Part shown: positions 28,008 to 38,752 of the stretch, piece by piece | Layout of the letters: every line of letters starts with the position of its first letter | Numbering within the stretch: position 1 is the stretch's first letter | Source: Sphingomonadales bacterium | GTDB lineage: Bacteria > Bacteroidota > Bacteroidia > Chitinophagales > Chitinophagaceae | DNA length: 49,079 nt | Assembly: GCA_046081865.1 (NCBI GenBank) | Contig: JBJTWT010000041.1 | Coordinates: 1 to 49,079 of the forward strand | Reading direction: 5' to 3' | Notes under the pieces: model-generated | What the model was told of the DNA's origin: nothing | What the model saw: the letters and a program-made list of their open reading frames with translations, nothing else | Database searches by the model: none | Program-made: the position numbers and the translations under genes

Positions 28008-29771
28008 ATGAGGTCGCTGCTCCATATCATCGCTAACAAGCGTTACGGAGTAGCGCTCGCCGTATTGCTTTTTATTTTGATCAATGCGGGGGCTGGTTTT
28101 GTACCGCTACGACTCGATCTGACCAGCGAAAAGCGCTACACCGTTAGCCCTGCAACAGCAACTTTGTTAGCGGAACTTTCTGCGCCACTCGATGTGCAAG
28201 TTTTTTTAACAGGAGAATTTCCATCGGGGTTTAGAAAGTTGCAATCCTCTACACAGCAACTGTTGGCCCTTTTTAAACAATTGCAACCGACGCAATTTCG
28301 CTATCAATTCATCGCTCCTGCCACGACCACACCGGCCGGTATATCTTGGGGAGATTCCTTATTGAATCGCGGAGCCCTAAATATCAACCTTACCGTACAA
28401 AAAGAGGCGGGCCAGTCCAGTAACATCATTTTTCCGGTAGCACTGATCAGCTACCAAGGACGCTCTCAATTGGTGAGTTTGTTTCCCGGGGCCAGTCGTT
28501 CTATTTCGCAAGCCGAGTTAAATACGGCCGAGGCGCTGCTCGAATATCAGTTTGTAAGTGCCATAGAGAAGTTATTACATACCGATAAACCCGGAATTGC
28601 TTACGAAACCGGTCATGGGGAGCCCGTCGATGAAAGGACCTACCAGCTGCGTATGGCCTTGCAAAATGATTATGAGTTACGCACGCTAGATCTAACCCGG
28701 CAGTCCGCTGTGCCCAAAGGGGTCTATCTGCTGCTGATCGTAAAGCCGACGCTGTCTTTTTCGGAGGCCGAAAAATTTAAGTTAGATCAGTTTGTGATGC
28801 AAGGTGGAAAGCTGCTTTGCTTTATTGATAATCTCTATGCAGAGATGGACAGCTTTTCTAAAAAGCCCGATATGGTAGCCTTTGATCGGGCGCTGAATCT
28901 GCAAGATCTTTTCTTTCGCTACGGAGCCCGGATCAACACCGACCTGCTCATGGACCTTCGTTGCGAGTTTACGTATGTGCAAGTTGGCGGCACTCCCGAT
29001 CTACCACAAAACGAATTTTTGCCTTGGAATTATTTTCCATTGCTTTCTGCGGCAGAAAGTAAGCTACGCACCCCCGGCTATATCGGAACCCGTTTTGCGC
29101 ACTCAGTCGATACCATTGCTGTGCCGGGTGTGGCCAAGTATCCCTTACTGTTGAGCAGCGAAAGGGCTCGCACCATCAGTACTCCGGCGCTGATCTCATT
29201 GAATGAGAACAGCACAGTGCCTGATAACGCCAAGTTTAATCAGACCGCTATTGCAGCGGCCGTTTTGCTAGAGGGAAGGTTTTCTTCTCTATTTAAGAAT
29301 CGCGCTTCGCTCGCACAGCTCGATCAATGGAAGGCCAATGGGCAAAGCTTTCGAACCCGCTCCGAAAATACGGCTATCATTTTAGCTGCCGACGGAGACC
29401 TGGTACTCAATGAATATATCCCTGTGCTCGATGCATCGGGTCAGATCGATCCAAGGGGGGGAATGGAGCCGGTAGAGATGGGCTGGAACAAGTACACGCG
29501 TTTTGAGGCAATCACCCAGGGTCCTGCCGGAAAATATTTTATTCCGGTGGCTAACCGAGAGTTTTTGCTCAACGCCGTCGAATATCTGGTCAGCGATCCT
29601 ACGTTGGCGCAGATCAGAAGTAAGGAGCTCGTTTTACGATTGCTCGATGGACCGCTGGTAAAAGAACAGAAACTACGTTGGCAACTGCTTTGTATTGGGC
29701 TGCCCCTGTTGCTGCTTGCACTAGGCGGCTGGGCGTATCAATCGTGGCGAAAAAAATCTTACGCACGCTAG
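28008..29771 (+). CDS. gldG: Gliding motility ABC transporter auxiliary component GldG
   Basis: RLDLTSEKRYT, G.FPSGF.KL, GHGE, KLDQFVMQGG, PWNYFP, N.EFLLNAVEYL and a C-terminal TM helix. Confidence 0.85.
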   Translation: MRSLLHIIANKRYGVALAVLLFILINAGAGFVPLRLDLTSEKRYTVSPATATLLAELSAPLDVQVFLTGEFPSGFRKLQSSTQQLLALFKQLQPTQFRYQFIAPATTTPAGISWGDSLLNRGALNINLTVQKEAGQSSNIIFPVALISYQGRSQLVSLFPGASRSISQAELNTAEALLEYQFVSAIEKLLHTDKPGIAYETGHGEPVDERTYQLRMALQNDYELRTLDLTRQSAVPKGVYLLLIVKPTLSFSEAEKFKLDQFVMQGGKLLCFIDNLYAEMDSFSKKPDMVAFDRALNLQDLFFRYGARINTDLLMDLRCEFTYVQVGGTPDLPQNEFLPWNYFPLLSAAESKLRTPGYIGTRFAHSVDTIAVPGVAKYPLLLSSERARTISTPALISLNENSTVPDNAKFNQTAIAAAVLLEGRFSSLFKNRASLAQLDQWKANGQSFRTRSENTAIILAADGDLVLNEYIPVLDASGQIDPRGGMEPVEMGWNKYTRFEAITQGPAGKYFIPVANREFLLNAVEYLVSDPTLAQIRSKELVLRLLDGPLVKEQKLRWQLLCIGLPLLLLALGGWAYQSWRKKSYAR

Positions 29772-29777
29772 GGGTCG

Positions 29778-29785
29778 TATCTTTG
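29778..29785 (+). promoter_or_regulatory. Bacteroidota -7 promoter element (TATCTTTG) for the TerC gene
   Basis: Exact TAnnTTTG match in the 30-nt intergenic gap. Confidence 0.6.
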
Positions 29786-29801
29786 CACTTTACTTTTTAC
29801 T

Positions 29802-30770
29802 ATGAATGTAGATCAGCTCACCTATCTGGTGTTTGGCTTAGTATTAGCAGTGGCTCTGGCTTTTGACTTGGGGCTAATGAGCAAAAAAGAGCGCACCGTA
29901 ACCATTCGACAGGCCCTGCATCAAACTTTTTTCTGGGTAACGCTGGCATTGGCTTTTTTTGTTTTTGTCTGGATAGAAAAAGGGCAGCAGCTGGCCCTCG
30001 AATACTTGAGTGCCTATTTGATGGAATGGAGTTTGAGTATCGACAATATCTTTGTTTTTATTTTAATTTTTTCGGCTTTTTCTGTCAAAGAAAAAAATTA
30101 TGGCAGGGTCTTGTTGATCGGGATCTTGATGGCCATCGTGTTTCGGATTGTTTTTATTACGGTAGGAGTGGCCCTGGTCGATCAGTTTCATTGGATACTG
30201 TATCTGTTCGGTGTCTTTTTGGTCTATACCGGGTATTCGATGTTTACCGCCAACGAAGAAACCGAGTTCGATCCTCAGCAAAGCAAGATCTATGTTTTTT
30301 TAAAACGATTCTTACCGTTGGCGCCTCACGACGGGGGAGGACGCTTTATGGTCAAAGAGAACGGCAAACCGGTCTATACTACGTTGTTTGTGGTAGTGAT
30401 TATGTTAGCGGCTATCGATATTGTATTTGCCCTCGATTCCATACCGGCTGTTATGGGTATATCCCGCGATCGTTTGGTGATATATACCTCTAATATTTTT
30501 GCCGTATTGGGTCTGCGATCACTTTTCTTTTTATTGCGCGGTGCGGTTAGTCGTTTTGATTACCTGAAACAGGGTATTGCCATCGTGTTGGTATTTATAG
30601 GAGTCAAGATGCTGGGTGAGCACTGGATCAATCTCTGGGTCTCTAAACAAGTGCAGGTAATGCTATCGCTGGGAGTGATCGCACTTTGTCTTTCGGGATC
30701 TATCTTCTATTCGATCTTTATGCAAAAGAAAGGTCTGCCTCCCGATCAATCCGATCCATCTGTTTTGTAA
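29802..30770 (+). CDS. TerC/Alx-family membrane protein
   Basis: Motifs EWSLSIDNIFVF, DIVFALDSIPAV and TSNIFAVLGLRSLFF. Confidence 0.92.
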   Translation: MNVDQLTYLVFGLVLAVALAFDLGLMSKKERTVTIRQALHQTFFWVTLALAFFVFVWIEKGQQLALEYLSAYLMEWSLSIDNIFVFILIFSAFSVKEKNYGRVLLIGILMAIVFRIVFITVGVALVDQFHWILYLFGVFLVYTGYSMFTANEETEFDPQQSKIYVFLKRFLPLAPHDGGGRFMVKENGKPVYTTLFVVVIMLAAIDIVFALDSIPAVMGISRDRLVIYTSNIFAVLGLRSLFFLLRGAVSRFDYLKQGIAIVLVFIGVKMLGEHWINLWVSKQVQVMLSLGVIALCLSGSIFYSIFMQKKGLPPDQSDPSVL

Positions 30771-30775
30771 TTCGC

Positions 30776-33157
30776 TTGACCTACACCGTTACCGATATCG
30801 TCTCTATCTTGCATGCTTCGACCACTGTGGTCAACGATCATGCAGTAGAGCATTTACTGCTCGATAGTCGAAAAGCTTTTTTACCCGCTAGCTCTTTATT
30901 TTTTGCCTTGCGCTCGACAAGAAGAGACGGTCATGATTTTGTGGGAGAGCTGTATCAAAAGGGAGTTAGAAGTTTTGTGGTTAGCCAGTCGGTCGATGCA
31001 GCGGTATTTAGCGATGCTAACTTTATTGAGGTGCCCGACACCTTACAAGCCCTGCAGCAAGTGGCGGCCTATCACCGCCGCCAATTTTCGATTCCGGTAA
31101 TTGGCATTACCGGCTCTAATGGAAAGACCATCGTTAAGGAATGGCTTTTTCAGTTACTACAGCCCGATCATACCATTGTAAGAAGCCCCAAGAGTTATAA
31201 CTCTCAGATCGGAGTGCCGCTTAGTATCTGGCAAATGAGACCCCATCACACATTGGCAATTTTTGAGGCCGGTATCTCACTGCCCGGAGAAATGCAAAAG
31301 CTAACGGATATGATCGAGCCTACTATTGGGATCTTTACCAATATAGGGGATGCACATAGTGAAGGGTTTCGCTCACAAGGTGAAAAGGAACATGAGAAAA
31401 GAAAATTATTTCGCTCAGCGATCCTTCCAGCCCCCTTAACAGTGCTCTCCATTAGTGCTACCGAGGGAGGTACTCGCATTACCGCACAGGCAAGTGCAAC
31501 CGATACGGCGCAGATTGAGATACCTTTTTCCGATCAGGCCTCCATACAAAATGCCGTTCGTTGTTGGGAATTGATGCTACACCTTCAATACGATGCCGTC
31601 GTTATTGCAGAAAGAATGCGACAGTTAACGGCTGTCGATATGCGACTAGTTCTTAAAAAAGGGATCAACCAATGTGTATTGGTCAATGATAGCTATAGCG
31701 CCGATGTTAGTTCCTTACAGATCGCACTCGATTTTTTAATTCAGCAGGCGGGCTCTTTACCCAAAACCGTTGTGCTCTCCGATTTTTTACAACAATCGGA
31801 CAACGATGCTTCTTTGTACGCGCAGCTTAAGGATAGTCTACAAAAGCGTGAGATCGGTCGTTTTATAGCCATTGGGCCACGTATCACCAAAGCGGTATCA
31901 CAGTGGGAAAGCAACGATCAATGTTGTCTGGAGACCTATGCTAGTACCGAAGACTTTTTACGGTCTCCTATTGTACAGCGATTTAGCAAGGAGGCCATTT
32001 TAATAAAGGGGGCTCGCTCCTTTGCCTTTGAAAGGATCGTTCAAGCGCTCGAGCAACAGTTACACGAAACAAGGCTCGAGATCGATCTGGCAGCGCTGCT
32101 CCACAATTTGCATCAATACCAGCATCAGTTAACCCCGGGTACGCGAATTATGGCCATGGTCAAGGCATTTGCGTATGGTAGCGGTGCCAGTGAGATCGCA
32201 TCGGTACTGCAGTTTCATAAAGTGGATTATCTGGGAGTGGCCTATGCCGATGAGGGCGTGGCATTGCGAAAGGCCGGTATTACTACTCCTATCATGGTCA
32301 TGAATCCATCGGAAAGTGTATTTGAGTTGATGGTCAGTAGCCGCCTTGAACCGGTTATCTTTTCGTTTGAGTTACTCGATCAGTTCGATCGTTGGCTACA
32401 AAAAGAAGTGATTAGCGGTTATCCCATTCACTTGGAGATCGATACGGGTCTTCACCGGTTGGGACTGGATGTGGCGCAAACAGATGTATTGTTACGACAG
32501 TTGATGCAGAGTGGTTCTTTTGCAGTCCAGAGCATCTTCTCTCATCTGGCAGCTAGCGAAGATCCGCTACAAGATGAATTTACCGGCATACAGTACAAGC
32601 AATTTCTGCAATGTGCTTTGCTAATAGAAAGTACATTGGGTTACTCAATCATCAAGCATATTGCTAACTCGGCCGCCGCCATTCGTCATCCTCTATTGCG
32701 ACTCGATATGGTAAGATTGGGTATTGGTCTTTACGGGGTAGAGACGGCCCCCGGTCTTTCGCTAGTGCCTGTTGCCACGCTTCGCTCTTCGATTGCGCAA
32801 CTGCGAACCCTGTCTGCAGGCGAGAGTGTCAGTTACAATCGTCGTACCATCCTTACCCGCCCTTCTGTGATCGCAACGGTAAGACTGGGTTATGCCGATG
32901 GGTATCCAAGGGCACTTGGCAATGGCGTTGGAAAAGTTTTGGTAAAGGGTCAACTGGTTCCCATTGTGGGAACTATTTGTATGGATATGTTCATGATCGA
33001 TGTAACCGATGTAAAGGATGTAAGTGTGGGTAGCGAAGTGATCTTGTTTGGAGCATCGCTCTCGGTACAGCAAGTGGCTACATGGGCCGGCACTATTCCC
33101 TACGAAATACTAACGAGCATCTCGGGTCGTGTAAAGCGAGTTTATTTTGAACAGTGA
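30776..33157 (+). CDS. alr: Bifunctional MurF-like ligase / alanine racemase
   Basis: MurF half: GITGSNGKT, SYNSQIGVP, NDSYSAD, IKGAR. Alr half: MVKAFAYGSG, EIDTGLHRLG, GYADG, CMDM, TIPYE. Start inferred at TTG 30776. Confidence 0.9.
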   Translation: MTYTVTDIVSILHASTTVVNDHAVEHLLLDSRKAFLPASSLFFALRSTRRDGHDFVGELYQKGVRSFVVSQSVDAAVFSDANFIEVPDTLQALQQVAAYHRRQFSIPVIGITGSNGKTIVKEWLFQLLQPDHTIVRSPKSYNSQIGVPLSIWQMRPHHTLAIFEAGISLPGEMQKLTDMIEPTIGIFTNIGDAHSEGFRSQGEKEHEKRKLFRSAILPAPLTVLSISATEGGTRITAQASATDTAQIEIPFSDQASIQNAVRCWELMLHLQYDAVVIAERMRQLTAVDMRLVLKKGINQCVLVNDSYSADVSSLQIALDFLIQQAGSLPKTVVLSDFLQQSDNDASLYAQLKDSLQKREIGRFIAIGPRITKAVSQWESNDQCCLETYASTEDFLRSPIVQRFSKEAILIKGARSFAFERIVQALEQQLHETRLEIDLAALLHNLHQYQHQLTPGTRIMAMVKAFAYGSGASEIASVLQFHKVDYLGVAYADEGVALRKAGITTPIMVMNPSESVFELMVSSRLEPVIFSFELLDQFDRWLQKEVISGYPIHLEIDTGLHRLGLDVAQTDVLLRQLMQSGSFAVQSIFSHLAASEDPLQDEFTGIQYKQFLQCALLIESTLGYSIIKHIANSAAAIRHPLLRLDMVRLGIGLYGVETAPGLSLVPVATLRSSIAQLRTLSAGESVSYNRRTILTRPSVIATVRLGYADGYPRALGNGVGKVLVKGQLVPIVGTICMDMFMIDVTDVKDVSVGSEVILFGASLSVQQVATWAGTIPYEILTSISGRVKRVYFEQ

Positions 33158-33162
33158 TGTTC

Positions 33163-33861
33163 TTACATCGTTTCGGTGGTATCCGAAACCGGGCGATCGG
33201 TAACGCCGGTGGCAGCCGTTGCGATCTCGGGTTTTTCTAGCAGTCTTTTTTGAAACAGCAGCAAGGTGATAACACCTACCGAGATCGATGCATCGGCAAT
33301 ATTAAAGATGGGGCTAAAGAATTCAAAGGATTGACCTCCCCATATTGGCATCCATTCAGGGAACACACCAGTAAAGATTGGAAAGTAGAGCATGTCAACC
33401 ACACTGCCATGCAGAAAAGATCCATATCCTTTGCCTGATAGTTCGGCCACTCCCATATATCCCACGTAATCGTTGAGTACGGGGCTATAGTGAAGTCCTT
33501 TATCGAAGATCATGCCATAGAACATACTATCAATAAGATTTCCGGCGGCACCGGCATAGATAAGACCAGCACAGATCAAAAACCCTTTATTGTATTTTTC
33601 TTTGATGAACTTTAGCAGATACCAGGTGCCGGCCACTACGGCGGCCAGCCTAAAGAGGGTTAGCACTACTTTGCCGGTCTCATTGCCCAGTTGCCAACCC
33701 CAGGCCATGCCTGAGTTCTCAATAAAGTGAAGCCGAAACCAATCGAGCCCCATGACTCTCAATACCTCTCCGGTAGGATACGTTGTCTTGATCCAGCATT
33801 TAAGCCCTTGATCGGCTATCAAAATAACAAGGATCAGAAAAAATAAATGTGATTTTTTCAT
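33163..33861 (-). CDS. lspA: Lipoprotein signal peptidase
   Basis: Motifs ADQ..K, EN.GMAWG, GAAGNLID, VVDM and FNIADASI. Start reassigned to ATG 33861. Confidence 0.92.
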   Translation of the reverse strand: MKKSHLFFLILVILIADQGLKCWIKTTYPTGEVLRVMGLDWFRLHFIENSGMAWGWQLGNETGKVVLTLFRLAAVVAGTWYLLKFIKEKYNKGFLICAGLIYAGAAGNLIDSMFYGMIFDKGLHYSPVLNDYVGYMGVAELSGKGYGSFLHGSVVDMLYFPIFTGVFPEWMPIWGGQSFEFFSPIFNIADASISVGVITLLLFQKRLLEKPEIATAATGVTDRPVSDTTETM

Positions 33862-33866
33862 AGAAA

Positions 33867-35264
33867 TCAGATCTTTCCTACCATTTTTTCGGGACGCACC
33901 CACTCCTCAAATTGTTCGGGGGTTACATAGCCCAGTTTAACGGCCATTTCTTTTAATGTGGTTCCTTGCTTGTGTGCTTTTTGTGCGATCTCTGCCGCTT
34001 TGTAATAGCCGATCTTGGTATTAAGTGCGGTAACCAGCATGAGCGAATTATCGACATGTTTTTTAATATTGGCCTCGATCGGTGCAATGCCTACGGCACA
34101 TCTTTCATTAAAGGATACGCAGCCGTCTCCTATAAGGCGGGCACTATGCAAAAAGTTATAGATCATCACCGGCTTAAATACGTTCAATTCAAAATGACCG
34201 GAGGCTCCTCCTACGTTGATGGCTACATCATTACCCAGTACTTGTGCGGCGATCATAGTAAGCGCTTCGCATTGGGTAGGATTTACTTTGCCGGGCATGA
34301 TAGAAGATCCGGGTTCGTTATCGGGAATAAAGATCTCTCCAATACCGCTGCGTGGTCCGGAAGAAAGCATCCGTATATCATTGGCGATCTTCATCAAACT
34401 AACGGCCACGGTCTTTAAGGCACCGTGCGCCTCTACGATCGCATCGTGCGCGGCCAGTGCCTCGAACTTATTGGGAGCGGTCACAAAAGGAAGACCGGTA
34501 AGTCGGGCTATATGTTTGGCTACGTTTTTATCGTATCCGGCGGGCGTATTGATGCCGGTCCCTACCGCAGTTCCGCCAAGCGCTAATTCTTTTAAGTGAG
34601 CGAGCGTGTTTTTAATGGCCCTGATGCCATGATCGAGTTGAGCAACATAGCCACTAAATTCCTGGCCCAACGTAAGCGGAGTGGCATCCATAAAATGGGT
34701 TCTACCGATCTTGACTACCTTTTGGAAGGCCTTGCTTTTTTTGGCCAGGGTATTGCGAAGGGCGGAGATACCGGGCAGGGTCATCTCTACCAAAATAGTA
34801 TAGGCCGCAATGTGCATGGCCGTAGGAAAGGTGTCGTTAGATGATTGAGATTTATTGACATCATCGTTGGGATGCAAGTATTTTTCTTTGTCCGTAAGCT
34901 TACCGCCTTTAAGCACATGACCTCTGTAAGCGATCACTTCGTTTACATTCATGTTGCTTTGCGTGCCGCTTCCGGTTTGCCATACCACCAAAGGAAAACT
35001 ATCATCAAGTTGGCCCTTCAGGATCTCATCACAAACTCTGGCGATCAGACTGGCTTTTGCCGCCGGCAAGACACCGGCTTCTTTATTGGTGAGGGCCGCG
35101 GCTTTTTTTAAATAGGCAAAGGCCCGAATAATCTCTTTGGGCATCCGGTTAATGTCTTGGGCAATCTTAAAGTTATCGATGCTGCGCTGGGTCTGGGCCC
35201 CAAAATATGCATTGAGGGGTACTCTTACTTCGCCCATCGTATCTTTTTCTATTCTGTATTCCAT
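33867..35264 (-). CDS. fumC: Class II fumarate hydratase
   Basis: Motifs [24 protein letters not shown] and [15 protein letters not shown]. Confidence 0.97.
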   Translation of the reverse strand: MEYRIEKDTMGEVRVPLNAYFGAQTQRSIDNFKIAQDINRMPKEIIRAFAYLKKAAALTNKEAGVLPAAKASLIARVCDEILKGQLDDSFPLVVWQTGSGTQSNMNVNEVIAYRGHVLKGGKLTDKEKYLHPNDDVNKSQSSNDTFPTAMHIAAYTILVEMTLPGISALRNTLAKKSKAFQKVVKIGRTHFMDATPLTLGQEFSGYVAQLDHGIRAIKNTLAHLKELALGGTAVGTGINTPAGYDKNVAKHIARLTGLPFVTAPNKFEALAAHDAIVEAHGALKTVAVSLMKIANDIRMLSSGPRSGIGEIFIPDNEPGSSIMPGKVNPTQCEALTMIAAQVLGNDVAINVGGASGHFELNVFKPVMIYNFLHSARLIGDGCVSFNERCAVGIAPIEANIKKHVDNSLMLVTALNTKIGYYKAAEIAQKAHKQGTTLKEMAVKLGYVTPEQFEEWVRPEKMVGKI

Positions 35265-35300
35265 AAAGTAGTCGTTGTGTGTTAACGAGGTAACCCGTAC

Positions 35301-36089
35301 TTAAAAATTCGGTTTTCTTTTCTCTAAAAAGGCACTGACGCCCTCTTTCATCTCTGCGGTGCCAAAGCATTCTCCAAAAAGACGAACTTCTTCGAGATAT
35401 CCTTGATCTCCTTTTTCGTAGAGGGCATTGACCGCCGAGATAACCCTTGCTACCGCACCGGGTCCTTTGCTGATAATAGTAGCCAGTAATTGCCTTGAAC
35501 GCTCTATGAGTTCCTCACTGGTGCAAACATGGTTGACCAATCCCCATTGTAACGCCTCAGCGGCACTGAGCATATTGCCACTCATCATCAGCTCGAGTGC
35601 TTTTCCTTTGCCCACCAGTTGGGTTAGTCGTTGTGTACCGCCATAACCGGGAATTAGTCCAAGGTTTACTTCGGGTTGTCCAAATTTTGCCTGCTCGGCC
35701 GCCAGTCTGATATGACAAGCCATGGCCAGCTCGCAGCCACCCCCCAACGCAAATCCGTTGACGGCGGCAATAAAGGGCTTGGAATTTTTTTCAATTCGTT
35801 CAAAAACAAGTTGCCCTCTTCTAGCCAGCTGTTTTGCTTCGTTCGAATCAAGGGTCGTAAACTCACTAATATCGGCCCCCGCTACAAATGCTTTATTACC
35901 GGCTCCGGTAATGATCACCGCTTTTATCTGCTTATCGGTATCGACCACATCGAGTACCTTTTCTAATTCTTCGAATACGCTGCGGTTAAGCGCATTCATC
36001 TTATCGGGTCTGTTTATGGTAACAACAAGCACTCCCTCTTGCAGCGAGACAAGTAGTGTGCTAAGCGAAGATAGAGGGGTCAGTTCCAT
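35301..36089 (-). CDS. Enoyl-CoA hydratase/isomerase (crotonase family)
   Basis: Motifs FVAGADI, GFALGGGCELAMAC and PEVNLGLIPGYGGTQRL. Start reassigned to ATG 36089. Confidence 0.92.
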   Translation of the reverse strand: MELTPLSSLSTLLVSLQEGVLVVTINRPDKMNALNRSVFEELEKVLDVVDTDKQIKAVIITGAGNKAFVAGADISEFTTLDSNEAKQLARRGQLVFERIEKNSKPFIAAVNGFALGGGCELAMACHIRLAAEQAKFGQPEVNLGLIPGYGGTQRLTQLVGKGKALELMMSGNMLSAAEALQWGLVNHVCTSEELIERSRQLLATIISKGPGAVARVISAVNALYEKGDQGYLEEVRLFGECFGTAEMKEGVSAFLEKRKPNF

Positions 36090-36100
36090 GGGGTAATTTC

Positions 36101-36514
36101 TTAACGTCGATGGGCGGCTACCCATTTTTTTATGTAATCGGCAATTTCTGTGGTGGGGGTGCCGGGATGAAAAATTTGTCCTACACCCAGGGCCTGCAGT
36201 CCGGCAATGTCTTCTTCCGGAATAATTCCGCCACCTGTCAACAACACATCGTCGATCCCTTTTTCTTTCATCAACTGGATGATCTTTGGAAAGATAGTAT
36301 TGTGCGCCCCGGATAAAATGGAGATGCCAATGGCATCTACATCTTCTTGAAGCGCTGTATTAACCACCATGTCGGGGGTTTGCCGAAGTCCGGTGTAAAT
36401 CACCTCCATGCCGGCATCGCGAAGGGAGGTAGCAATTACTTTTGCGCCCCTGTCGTGGCCATCGAGTCCGACTTTGGCAACCAATATGCGTACGGGTCTT
36501 GGGGTGGCTTGCAT
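36101..36514 (-). CDS. Cobalamin-binding small subunit of an acyl-CoA (methylmalonyl-CoA-type) mutase
   Basis: Motifs [12 protein letters not shown] (DxHxxG), SILSGAH and GGIIP. Confidence 0.92.
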   Translation of the reverse strand: MQATPRPVRILVAKVGLDGHDRGAKVIATSLRDAGMEVIYTGLRQTPDMVVNTALQEDVDAIGISILSGAHNTIFPKIIQLMKEKGIDDVLLTGGGIIPEEDIAGLQALGVGQIFHPGTPTTEIADYIKKWVAAHRR

Positions 36515-36537
36515 CTTGCGTGCAAAATAAAGCCATT

Positions 36538-38061
36538 TCAGGGCAACAGACTTAGGGCATACGTAATGCGTTTAGCCGTTGTGGCAGGGCCCAGTACAGT
36601 GGCAATATCAAATACCCCGGGTCCAAATTTACCACCGACCAGCATGATCCGAAATGGCAAAAGCAGTTCTCCTGCCTTGAGTTGATTTTCGGCGGCTTTG
36701 TCTTTAAAGCGTTGTTCTTGCATAGCGGCATCGGTGGCTTGTTCAAGACTGTATTGATGGGCCAACCATTCAAAGAATGCCCTTTTCTCTGTACTCCACT
36801 TCCCCGTAATGGCCGCAGTATCGATAGAGGGCGGATCGGTAAAAAAGAAACCGGCCTGTTGGTCGATATCGGTAAGCAGGATACAACGATCCTTTACCAA
36901 CGCTATGATCTTAATTAGTTTTTCCCGGTCGGTAGCGGCAGGGGAATGAGTCAATAGTCGTTGCTCAAAAGCAGGAAGCAAAAGAGCGACACTACTTTTT
37001 TTGATCCACTCGTGATTGAACCACTTGGCTTTTTCATAATCAAAGCGAGCGCCCGCACTGTGAATGCGTTCGATAGAGAAAGCATCGATAAGTTCTTGTA
37101 ACGAAAAGTTCTCTTTTTCACTGCCATCGTTCCATCCCAGTAATGCGAGTAAATTGATAAAGGCTTCGGGTAAGAATCCTTTTTCCTTAAATCCCTCTGT
37201 AATCTCTCCACTAACCGGATCGGCCCAATTCATGGCAAATACCGGAAAGCCATACTTTGCTCCGTCTCTTTTACTGAGCTTTCCATGGGGGCCTAGTATT
37301 AATGGCAAATGGGCCCACTGAGGCATGTTCTCTATGCCAAATAAATATTTCCAAAGTAAGATGTGCACCGGGGCCGAGGGAAGCCACTCTTCGCCACGAA
37401 AGGCATGGGTAATTTGCATTTGAAAATCATCCACGACCACTGCCAGGTGATAGGTAGGCATACCATCGGCCTTTAGTAATACTTTATCATCGAGCGTAGC
37501 GGTATCGAAACTGACTTCTCCTCGTATAAGATCGGTAAAGCTAAGGGTCTCTTGCTCCGGCATTTTGATGCGTACCACATAGGGGGTGCCGGCCTCTAGT
37601 AATTGTTTTGTTTTTTCTGGCCCCAACGATAACGAATTACGAAGTTGCTGTCTTACCTGCCGGTCATATTGCGGCGAAGGATTGGCTGGGGTGGCTAGTG
37701 TGGTGCGCATTTGTTCTAGTTCTTCGGGAGTATCAAAGCCATAGTAGGCCCATCCCTTGTCGATCAGCTCATCGGCATATTTTTTATAAAGGGCCTTTCT
37801 TTCACTTTGTCGGTAAGGTCCCCAAGCGCCTCCATGTTGTACGCTTTCGTCGGGTTCTAGTCCGCACCAGCGAAGACACTCAAATAAATATTCCTCTGCA
37901 CCGGGCACATAGCGGCGCTGATCGGTATCTTCTATTCTTACAATAAAAGTTCCGTTATGTTTTTTTGCAAAAAGATAGTTGAACAGCACGGTCCTTACAC
38001 CGCCCAAGTGAAGCCCCCCGGTGGGACTGGGTGCAAATCGTACCCTTACCTTTTTTTCCAT
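36538..38061 (-). CDS. gltX: Glutamate--tRNA ligase
   Basis: Motifs [35 protein letters not shown] and KLSKR. Start reassigned to ATG 38061. Confidence 0.96.
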   Translation of the reverse strand: MEKKVRVRFAPSPTGGLHLGGVRTVLFNYLFAKKHNGTFIVRIEDTDQRRYVPGAEEYLFECLRWCGLEPDESVQHGGAWGPYRQSERKALYKKYADELIDKGWAYYGFDTPEELEQMRTTLATPANPSPQYDRQVRQQLRNSLSLGPEKTKQLLEAGTPYVVRIKMPEQETLSFTDLIRGEVSFDTATLDDKVLLKADGMPTYHLAVVVDDFQMQITHAFRGEEWLPSAPVHILLWKYLFGIENMPQWAHLPLILGPHGKLSKRDGAKYGFPVFAMNWADPVSGEITEGFKEKGFLPEAFINLLALLGWNDGSEKENFSLQELIDAFSIERIHSAGARFDYEKAKWFNHEWIKKSSVALLLPAFEQRLLTHSPAATDREKLIKIIALVKDRCILLTDIDQQAGFFFTDPPSIDTAAITGKWSTEKRAFFEWLAHQYSLEQATDAAMQEQRFKDKAAENQLKAGELLLPFRIMLVGGKFGPGVFDIATVLGPATTAKRITYALSLLP

Positions 38062-38065
38062 AGGG

Positions 38066-38119
38066 CAAAGATAAACCAACCGACTGCAACCACTTGGGTC
38101 TTTTGTGCCGCTATCTTTG
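38066..38119. promoter_or_regulatory. Back-to-back divergent Bacteroidota -7 elements (TATCTTTG on each strand)
   Basis: Minus-strand match at 38066-38073, 4 nt from the gltX ATG. Plus-strand match at 38112-38119, 6 nt from ATG 38126. Confidence 0.7.
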
Positions 38120-38125
38120 TAAGCG

Positions 38126-38752
38126 ATGCCATTCTATTTTTATCAGACCCCCGGCTGGCTTGCCCGGTGCTTTCCTGAAAGGGTTTGGCGCATCAAGACC
38201 TCTTTGCCTGAGCTCTATGTAACCTTTGATGACGGGCCACATCCCTCCATTACTCCCTTTGTGCTAGATACCTTGGCCCGCTACAATGCCAAAGCCAGTT
38301 TTTTTTGTATCGGTAGCCATGTTGCGCGCAATCCGTCTCTTTACCAGCGAATAATTTCAGAGGGCCATCAAGTGGGTAATCATACCCATCATCATTTAAA
38401 TGGATGGAAAACGGCTAATCAGCAATATCTGGCCGATGTAACGGAAGCTACGCGTTTTATTGACAGTCATTTATTTCGCCCGCCCTATGGCCGTCTGCGT
38501 TCTTCACAGGCTCGGGAGGTACGCGCTTTATTGCCGGGCGAAGGCCGTATTGTAATGTGGGATCTGCTTAGCGGCGACTTTGACACTCGCCTTAGCGGGC
38601 AAGACTGTTTTGCCATTTGCAAAGAAAGACTAAGGCCAGGCTCCATTATCGTGATGCACGACAGTGAAAAAGCCTGGCCTCGGTTATCGATTGCGTTGCC
38701 GCTGTTACTAGAGTATGCCCTTAGTAAAGGGTATTGTTTTAAGGCAATGTAA
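38126..38752 (+). CDS. Polysaccharide deacetylase (CE4/NodB family)
   Basis: Motifs TFDDGP, GNHTHHH, FRPPYG and IVMHD. Confidence 0.92.
   Translation: MPFYFYQTPGWLARCFPERVWRIKTSLPELYVTFDDGPHPSITPFVLDTLARYNAKASFFCIGSHVARNPSLYQRIISEGHQVGNHTHHHLNGWKTANQQYLADVTEATRFIDSHLFRPPYGRLRSSQAREVRALLPGEGRIVMWDLLSGDFDTRLSGQDCFAICKERLRPGSIIVMHDSEKAWPRLSIALPLLLEYALSKGYCFKAM

Noticed and set aside
27287-29771. gldF-gldG without gldA
   Set aside because: gldA is normally unlinked from gldFG, as in Flavobacterium johnsoniae.
29772-29801. yybP-ykoY (Mn) riboswitch expected upstream of alx/terC genes
   Set aside because: The gap is 30 nt and contains the promoter element, leaving no room for the aptamer.
30776-33157. 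MurF-alanine racemase fusion as a novelty
   Set aside because: Well-known Bacteroidota fusion.
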